Origin: Octopus vulgaris
Lineage: Eukaryota
Length of the DNA stretch: 64,000 nt
Reading direction: 5' to 3'
Assembly (NCBI GenBank): GCA_951406725.2
Contig: OX597821.1
Location: 39,370,001-39,434,000 of the forward strand
Both the position numbers and the translations under genes were made by a program. Positions 52,861 through 64,000 of the stretch are shown in pieces (the first letter of the stretch is position 1; every line of letters starts with the position of its first letter). A model generated the notes under the pieces. That model was not told where the DNA came from. It saw only the letters and a program-made list of their open reading frames with translations, and searched no databases.

Positions 52861-53555
52861 ATAGCAAAAACAACTCATTATCAGAGTCTGATACAATTTT
52901 AACTACAGTGTTGATGTGGATATAATCTTAGAAATGCTTGTGATAAAATATAACAAACTGCATAAATATATTCATAAGAATTTAGCATTTCATAATTTAA
53001 TTAATGCTTCATATTATGTTAATACTTGTTATGTTGCTAAGCTTGCTGCATCCTCACCATTTAACCATTTAAACTTTCCACAGACTGTTATAATTAGCAA
53101 TTTTTATTTCAATTGTTTTCAATAGAATCAGCTTTAAATCTCCTCTATTGCTACTCATCTTTTGGTAAATCAAAGAATTAATTCAATCCAGCCTTTGTTT
53201 AGTCACTCCAAGCGGTCGAACTTGCAGACTTCTTGGTTATAAATTTTAAGGCAAAACTGGTCAAGTATCCATAAATTTCTGACCACTGTTTCTATTGAAA
53301 TCTTGGTGGTTGTTTGTGTATGTGTGTTTATTGCTACACTCTGTGTGTGTTAATTCTGTATATGTAGGTGTATGTTGCTGGGTGTGTCAGTCATAAATCA
53401 AATAACCCTGCTAGAGACACACACACACACACATACATACATACATACATACATACACACATGCATATATATACACACACATATATATATACATTTGTAG
53501 ATATATATATATACATGCATATATACACAAACATATATATATGTACATACATATG

Positions 53556-53605
<50 letters not shown>

Positions 53606-53986
53606 CACATGCACACACACATACATATAAAAAGAAATGTAATGGTAGATAGTTGAGTTAAACTTTCTCAACATAAATCTTTGCTCAGAAGGGAATTAAG
53701 CAAACTAATGGAACACCTAGCAAATTAACGTCAATTCTTGTAAATAATTGGAAGGTTTTGCAGTATTTCAGCCAGCTTAAGCACAGCTTTAAAGCTTATC
53801 CTTATTCACAGCACATTCTCACATATGTGCTGTTTACATCATGATGTTCAATGTGCGTGCGTGCGTGCGTGTGTGTGTGTGTGTGTGTTAGACACAACTT
53901 CATGCAAAAGTGAACTTCCTAAGTGAACAATAAAAATTTACTTTCTGAAATGACAGCGACATTACAAATGAAGAATTAGGAAAGAC

Positions 53987-54019
<33 letters not shown>

Positions 54020-54099
54020 TGGGAGGAGAGAGTTGACTGAGGGATACATACATTTATCATCACACATACAGATATGGGTATATAACTGTGGAAAAGGGG

Positions 54100-55216
<1,117 letters not shown>

Positions 55217-55308
55217 GATTGATTGATTGATTGATTGATTCTAGTTTCAGCTTATGAGCTGTGGCCATGCTGGGGCACCGCCATTTGGTGTTGCTACTTG
55301 GTTTCACT

Positions 55309-58300
55309 TCATGGAGGCTTTCTAGCAACTGCTATTTGGTGCATGAGAGAGTTCGATGCAGCTGCCCTCATCTGCCCCTCCTGCCGTGAAGTTGGTTCAT
55401 CTGGGACACCTGACAGGAAGAGATCCAGCTTCATTTTAAAGACATCTGTATCCACCCCATGCAGGTCTCTCAGGTTCTTCGGGAGGATATTGAAGAGCTG
55501 TGGGCCTCGGAAGCCCAGGCTATCACAGAATCTTGTCCTACATCTTGATGGCAGGTTTGGAGTCCTAGGCACCACGCAGTGGCGCCCAGTTCTGGCATTT
55601 GCGTAACTCTCGATGCCAAAGTTCAGGACACTTCCCTCCAGGATCTTCCAGATGTATATTATGGCATATCTTTCCCGCCTACGCTCCAGGGAATATAATT
55701 TTAATCTCTTGAGTCTTTCCCAGTAGCTTACATTCTGCATAGAGGCTATCTTCTTTGTGTAGCTTCGTTGGATCGCCTCAAGTTCTGTGATCAACTTGAC
55801 ACTGGATGGTGACCATAGCTGAGAGCAATAGTCAAAGTGGCTTAGGACAAGTGTCTTCCAGAGGACCATCATGGTTTCTTGTTCTCTTGTTCTAAAGGTT
55901 CTAAGAATCCATCCAGCCAGCCGTCTACATTTCATTGTCAGTTTAGCAACATGTACATGAAAGGTCGCGTCATCACTCATGTGAATACCAAGGTCACGCA
56001 CTGATTGTGCCTCTGGGATTGCAATCCCTCCGGGTCCAGTGTATTCATTGGGTATTGCATTCAGTTTTGCATGCTGATAGTATAAAGCTTGAAACTTTCC
56101 AGCATTGAACTGCATGCTATTCTTTTCAGCCCACTTGTATATTTCGTCCAGCTCACATTGCAGGTGTTTAGTGTCCTCAGGGTTCTGTATTGCCTGTGAG
56201 ACTTTTGTATCATCTGCATAACTTGTGATCGTGGCTCTCTGCGTGGCTGAGGGCATGTCTGAGAGGGCCATTATGAACAGTAGTGGTCCCAGAACAGTGC
56301 CCTGCGGAACACCGCTCACTATTTGTGTGTTAATGGAGGTGGCCCCATTGGCTACTACCACCTGACTTCTATCCTTCAGAAAGTCATGAAGCCATTCTCC
56401 CAGTTTTCCAACTATGTTGAGATCACGCAGTTTGTGACATATCATTCCATGATCGACTTTATCAAAGGCCTTTGCAAAGTCGAGATATATCACTTCCACA
56501 TTTGAGTGGTTGAGCAGCCGTTTCAGCACCCAGTCATAGTGTTGTAGGAGCTGAGTTAAACAGCTTCTCCCTGGTCGGAAACCATGTTGGGTGTCGGGCA
56601 GCAGGTCATTCTCTTCAAGGAAGGTGATCAGCTTCCTTCTGACTATTCGTTCCATGACCTTGCTGATGTGTGAGGTCAGAGAGATAGGTCTATAGTTCTT
56701 GGCTTCCGCTCTGCTACCTCCTTTATGAATGGGGCATATTTTACCTTCCTTCAGTTTTCCTGGAAGTTTGCCAGCTGCAAGGAAGCTCTGAAAGAGGAAC
56801 TGCAGTGGTCTTGCTAGGACTCTCTTACATGCTTTTAGGAGGATTGCCGGGAATCCATCGGGGCCAGTAGCTGAGTCTGTTTTCATTTCATCTATAGCCT
56901 TGGTTACATCGTCTTCCTTTATATCGATGTAATCTATCGTCGCCGCCTCTGATTTTATATCTGCAGTGGTAAAAAAGTCAGTTGGATTGGTGATTTGGAG
57001 ATGCCCAAGGGGTGGAGTGAAAACACTCTTGAATTGCTCATTCAGTATTTCACTTACCCTCATTGGTTTTCCTGTAAGTGTGCCATCCTTTTCAAGGAGT
57101 GGCCCTATTCTACAGTGCACTGTAGCTGTTTCTTTGGCATACCTGTAGAAAGCTCTGGGGTTAGATTTTATGTTTTCTATAGCCCAGGCTTCTTTGTCTG
57201 CTCTTTCTTTTTCATGGGAGAGTTGCAGACATTTTTCGATTTCCAACAGTTTTATTTTTAGGCGGGACTTTTCACTGCTTTCAATCTGTTTGTTTAGGCG
57301 ATTTGAAAATTTCGTACGCCGTCTCATTAAAATTTTCCTCTCTCTGGGGATTTTGTTCTTGTGTACAGTGGCCTTTCTCTCTGGGACACATTTGTAGCAT
57401 ATGGCTTGCATTACAGACATGAATTGTTGAAGTTTCACATCGATGTCTGGCGAGGAGAGACATTCAGGCCAGTTTTGTTTGAGGATCTCTTTCTCAATTT
57501 GTTTCCAGTTTGCCTTATGGTAGTTCAAGCTGGAAAGATTTTGAGGGTTTCTTGTAGGCTGCATGTCCGTGCTCTCTTTTGGCCCATACATGGTCAGCTC
57601 TATCATGTTGTGATCCGAGAGTAGTGTCGGTGTCACTTTCACATTATGGATGAGATCCATGTCATTTGTGAAGCAGAGATCCAGTGTGTTACCTGCCCTG
57701 GTTGGTTGGAGTATTACCTGCTCCATGTACAGGGTGTTGATGAGGTTCAGGAGGGACCTCGCCTGTCCTCGTTCACATCTTGTCATTCCTGGGAGAGAAA
57801 GGCCCTCGGGCCATCTGACATTGGGCAGATTGAAGTCTCCCATAAGAAGCACACCTATGTGTTGTTCTAATGTGGTTAGAATTTCTTCTATTTTTATAAG
57901 GCAGTCTTCGAACTTGCCCACATGGCTTGGGGCATCTGGAGGGCGATATGTAGCACACACAACTACATCAAGTTGCCTAATATGTACAATTAGTGTGTCA
58001 CACACCGAGTTTGAGTATGACAAGAGGACCTGGGGTGTGAGGTCCTCACGGATGTACATAGCAACACCTCCATGACTCCTTTCTTTCCTGTCGGTCCGTA
58101 GTACAGCATACTGTGGTATGTGTAACTCCGCATCTGCTATGTCCGGTTTCAGGTGCGTTTCTGTAAGTGCTATGCATAAGGCTTGATTGCATGCAACAAA
58201 GTCTCTCAGGAACGGGATCTTTGTCCTGTTACTGAGTGTTTGCAGTCCTCTGATGTTCAGTAGGAGTATCGAGGTGAGGTGTACGTTGTTGCCGGCGGTG

Positions 58301-59169
58301 TCCATCCTGTGTCTGTTTGCTGTGGTGGTCTGGTATATAGTGGGTAGTCCCACCTGCGGGCTTGGTTTTGATGAAGCCAGGTCAGCTGCTGTACAATCTT
58401 TTGTGCCATGCACAAAAAAAGATTGTTGCTCAGCAGCTGCTCTTTCGACAACATCATGTTGGCTGTTTGTGGCGCGCACAACATCTGCGTACCTCCGCTT
58501 TGGGGCAGGTGGTGCGTAGTCCATCCCTTTTCTTTGTGTTGATGGTTTGTCCATCTGCCTCGTGTCTCTGTGGCAGGGTCCCCGATGTGCAAAGCGGCAG
58601 CCTGCACCTTCCTTTCCGTGCCAGCAGGAACCTCTCAGGTAGAACATACACACCCGTGTGCGCTGTTTGGTTCCATCCTTTGCGGTTCCACTTCTACTCC
58701 TGGTTGTTTCACTCTTTGGTCCTGCTTGAGCTTTTTCTTTTCCTTTAGCTCTTCCAGTCCTTCTTTTAGTTCTTCTTCCTCCCTCTACCTCTTCACCGGG
58801 TTCTCCGTCTCCATGGCCCTTGCTGCCGGTTGGAGAACTTGCACCTGGGTTCACTTCCCGGGCAGGTTTCTCATTCAAAACCTCCTCCTGGGCGTCCACC
58901 AGGTGGGGGTGACTTCTTTCATCGTCTCCATTCTTGCCATCTTTGCCCCGCTCGTTCTCAAAGATGGCATCAAGTGCGCCAATGTGCGACCGTACAAGCG
59001 CATATGAGCGCACGAATTCCTGTCTCTTTCGCTCCATCTGAGCCGCTGTCCTCTTGTAGCCTCTGCTCTTCAGCGCAGCCGCAATCACCTCGCTAGGGCT
59101 ATCTCCGCCGGCGCACTCCCATGCTCGTACGAATAAATCCAGCTCGTCACGTCTCCATGCTCTGGACAT
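55309..59169 (-). CDS. 1286-aa LINE polyprotein: Myb/SANT-like domain, CCCH zinc finger, APE endonuclease, reverse transcriptase
   Basis: APE motifs LLNIRGL, LTETHL, YRPP, GDFNLP, LDLCF, SDH; RT motifs [51 protein letters not shown]; CR1-type C-terminus [19 protein letters not shown]. Confidence 0.95.
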   Translation of the reverse strand: MSRAWRRDELDLFVRAWECAGGDSPSEVIAAALKSRGYKRTAAQMERKRQEFVRSYALVRSHIGALDAIFENERGKDGKNGDDERSHPHLVDAQEEVLNEKPAREVNPGASSPTGSKGHGDGEPGEEVEGGRRTKRRTGRAKGKEKAQAGPKSETTRSRSGTAKDGTKQRTRVCMFYLRGSCWHGKEGAGCRFAHRGPCHRDTRQMDKPSTQRKGMDYAPPAPKRRYADVVRATNSQHDVVERAAAEQQSFFVHGTKDCTAADLASSKPSPQVGLPTIYQTTTANRHRMDTAGNNVHLTSILLLNIRGLQTLSNRTKIPFLRDFVACNQALCIALTETHLKPDIADAELHIPQYAVLRTDRKERSHGGVAMYIREDLTPQVLLSYSNSVCDTLIVHIRQLDVVVCATYRPPDAPSHVGKFEDCLIKIEEILTTLEQHIGVLLMGDFNLPNVRWPEGLSLPGMTRCERGQARSLLNLINTLYMEQVILQPTRAGNTLDLCFTNDMDLIHNVKVTPTLLSDHNMIELTMYGPKESTDMQPTRNPQNLSSLNYHKANWKQIEKEILKQNWPECLSSPDIDVKLQQFMSVMQAICYKCVPERKATVHKNKIPRERKILMRRRTKFSNRLNKQIESSEKSRLKIKLLEIEKCLQLSHEKERADKEAWAIENIKSNPRAFYRYAKETATVHCRIGPLLEKDGTLTGKPMRVSEILNEQFKSVFTPPLGHLQITNPTDFFTTADIKSEAATIDYIDIKEDDVTKAIDEMKTDSATGPDGFPAILLKACKRVLARPLQFLFQSFLAAGKLPGKLKEGKICPIHKGGSRAEAKNYRPISLTSHISKVMERIVRRKLITFLEENDLLPDTQHGFRPGRSCLTQLLQHYDWVLKRLLNHSNVEVIYLDFAKAFDKVDHGMICHKLRDLNIVGKLGEWLHDFLKDRSQVVVANGATSINTQIVSGVPQGTVLGPLLFIMALSDMPSATQRATITSYADDTKVSQAIQNPEDTKHLQCELDEIYKWAEKNSMQFNAGKFQALYYQHAKLNAIPNEYTGPGGIAIPEAQSVRDLGIHMSDDATFHVHVAKLTMKCRRLAGWILRTFRTREQETMMVLWKTLVLSHFDYCSQLWSPSSVKLITELEAIQRSYTKKIASMQNVSYWERLKRLKLYSLERRRERYAIIYIWKILEGSVLNFGIESYANARTGRHCVVPRTPNLPSRCRTRFCDSLGFRGPQLFNILPKNLRDLHGVDTDVFKMKLDLFLSGVPDEPTSRQEGQMRAAASNSLMHQIAVARKPP

Positions 59170-59224
59170 GCTGGATAATCCGTCTATCCGTTTATCTATC
59201 TAATTATGTTCGAGAGAAGACAGG

Positions 59225-60350
59225 AAGATATTAAGGCTAATTAGAAGATAGAGTACTTGAAAAAGAAATATTAACAATATTAAAGTTTGTGTAAAAACGT
59301 TATTTGGGTAAAAACGTTATTTAATCTTAAGGCTAATTAGGAGATAGAGTATCTGAAAATATATTAGCAATATTAATATTATATTAGAGTGTGGGTAAAA
59401 AAAAACGTTATTTAATCTTAAGGCTAATTTGGAGATAGAGTATCTGAAAATATATTAGCAATATTAATATTATATTAGAGTGTGGGTAATATTAAACGTT
59501 ATTTAATTTAATCTTAAGGCTAATTAGAAGACAGAGTATCTGAAAAATTATATATACAATATTAAGCAATATTAACCGTTATTTAATTTAATCTTAAGGC
59601 TAATTAGACGTTATTAATATTAAACGTTATTTAATTTAATCTTAAGGCTAATTAGAAGATAGAGTATCTGAAAATATATTAGCAATATTAATATTATATT
59701 AGAGTGTGGATAAAAACGTTATTTAATCTTAAGGCTAATCAGGAGATAGAGTATCTGAAAATATATTAGCAATGTTAATATTATATTAGAGTGTGGGTAA
59801 TATTAAACGTTATTTAATTTAATCTTAAGGCTAATTAGAAGATAGAGTATCTGAAGAAGTATTAACAATATTAAAACAATATTAAACGTTATTTAATTTA
59901 ATCTTAAGGCTAATTAACAATAATTATTAACAATATTAAACAATATTAAACGTTATTTAATTTAATCCTAAGGCTAATTAACAATAATTATTAACAATAT
60001 TAAACGTTATTTAATTTAATCCTAAGGCTAATTAACAATAATTATTAACAATATTAAACGTTATTTAATTTAATCCTAAGGCTAATTAGACGTTATTAAT
60101 ATTAAACGTTATTTAATTTAATCTTAAGGCTAATTAGAAGATAGAGTATCTGAAAAATTATTAACAATATTAAAACAATATTAAACGTTATTTAATTTAA
60201 TCTTAAGGCTAATTAACAATAATTATTAACAATATTAAACTATATTAAACGTTATTTAATTTAATCCTAAGGCTAATTTGACGGTATCAATATTAAACGT
60301 TATTTAATTTAATCTTAAGGCTAATTAGAAGATAGAGTATCTGGAAAATT
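59225..60350. repeat. AT-rich tandem array with conserved AAACGTTATTTAA(TTTAA)TC(T/C)TAAGGCTAAT core and variable linkers
   Basis: 16 cores here (TAAGGCTAAT at 59232 through 60316) plus 2 in the downstream duplicate. Confidence 0.95.
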
Positions 60351-60985
60351 ATTATATCGAGAACAGTTATTGAAAATGTAAACAAACCAAATGACGATCG
60401 CAACTTTAACTAAGATGTGGGCCTAAGTGAAAGATAAAATAGAATAATAAATAAAATATGAAATAGATGAAATTGATACTTAATCCAACAATGTGGTCTG
60501 GATAATTTTTTTGGTTTACGGGATTTTTTTCGGGAGAGATGCTTCTTTTTTCTTTCTTGCAGGAGATAACTTGATTCAGTTATTTTTGCACCATGTGCGT
60601 TTCGGCGAAAACTATATTAAACATTATTTAATTTAATCCTAAGGCTAATTTGACGGTATCAATATTAAACGTTATTTAATTTAATCTTAAGGCTAATTAG
60701 AAGATAGAGTATCTGGAAAATTATTATATCGAGAACAGTTATTGAAAATGTAAACAAACCAAATGACGATCGCAACTTTAACTAAGATGTGGGCCTAAGT
60801 GAAAGATAAAATAGAATAATAAATAAAATATGAAATAGATGAAATTGATACTTAATCCAACAATGTGGTCTGGATAATTTTTTTTTGGTTTACGGGATTT
60901 TTTTCGGGAGAGATGCTTCTTTTTTCTTTCTTGCAGGAGATAACTTGATTCAGTTATTTTTGCACCATGTGCGTTTCGGCGAAAA
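60238..60985. repeat. Near-identical ~372-374 bp tandem duplication
   Basis: ~60238-60611 repeated at ~60610-60985; visible differences are a longer poly-T run and one substitution. Confidence 0.95.
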
Positions 60986-61172
60986 TGAAAATTACTGTGT
61001 ATATGTATATATTTATATATATATTTTTAAAAATATTTTTAACCAAAGTGTTGTAGTGATCTCTATGACTTAGAGTTTTACGTTTTGCAACTACAGTGGG
61101 TTATTTCGCCGTTCTATGCAGACTTTTTCACAGAGCAAAGGCAATCACGTCTTTCTCTGCTGAAAACGGAAC

Positions 61173-63462
<2,290 letters not shown>

Positions 63463-64000
63463 AATACACACCTACAGGGGGAATAAATAAAAAGAAAAGG
63501 TAAATAAATGAATTGTGAGAGAGAGTGATATAGGTTTGATGTAAATGAAGAGGAAATAATTCAGAGAAAAAGTGTTGAAGAAACACAAAAGAACCACAAT
63601 GGAAGAATCTGTGATCAGGGGACACAGTTACTGCATGCCTCTTTGTGTGTGTATGTGTGTGTGTGAGGTTACCCAAGAAGTGAGAGGAGGAACATTATTG
63701 CTAATTTGTCTATTTACTGTTAAAGAGATATGGTAAATCTAGAGAATAAGATGCCAGAGACTAGAGGTATTTTTCTAAATTATGATCCGGTTATAAAGGT
63801 GAAAGCATTGTGCCATGAAATTTGCTAAATAATTCCTTTAAACATCAATAAATAATAGCAGAGTTAATAGATATTATGCAGTTAATCTAATTTTGTGAAA
63901 AGCCCGATCTGAGTTGCCAGTGGTTGCTTCCAATCCTTTAGCTCTTTGTTGATGACAGATTAAATTAGCTCCGGCTTTATTGTGAAGACAGCATTGTTGT

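Larger units (their letters stand above)
55217..61172 (-). mobile_element. Apparently full-length young CR1-clade LINE
   Basis: Uninterrupted ORF; short 3' UTR (55241-55308) and (AATC)6 tail (55217-55240); ~2 kb upstream region ending at the (TA)n boundary near 61172 (5' limit inferred). Confidence 0.85.

Noticed and set aside
55235-59096. Short plus-strand ORFs overlapping the LINE ORF
   Set aside because: Antisense shadows of a long coding frame with no independent motifs
59225-60700. CRISPR interpretation of the core/linker array
   Set aside because: Linkers are reused, related to each other and very unequal in length; eukaryotic context; no cas genes

Overview
Eukaryotic, AT-rich, repeat-saturated non-genic (intergenic or deep intronic) DNA. 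The SINE/LINE repertoire suggests an octopus or other coleoid cephalopod (inference from recognised repeat types, not a database hit). No host exon could be supported. The one intact protein-coding unit is a young, apparently full-length CR1-clade LINE on the minus strand (~55217-61172). Its single 1286-aa ORF carries a Myb/SANT-like N-terminus, a CCCH finger, an APE endonuclease and a reverse transcriptase. The ORF1/ORF2 boundary is a U7 run inside a hairpin that looks like a 'locked' -1 frameshift site. The ~2 kb 5' region holds an 18-copy conserved-core/variable-linker array. The 3' end is shared with a local SINE family, and the element sits inside very long (TA)n arrays. The rest is layered TE debris: at least four tRNA-derived SINE types, many RTE 3' ends, Penelope-like elements with hammerhead ribozymes (one intact, one fused to a tRNA-like head), DD37D maT/mariner derivatives, R4/Dong-type RLE LINE fragments, an L1/Tx1 fragment with a 14-bp TSD, a decayed Helitron Pif1 helicase, and abundant microsatellites. 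Boundaries of degenerate repeats are approximate.
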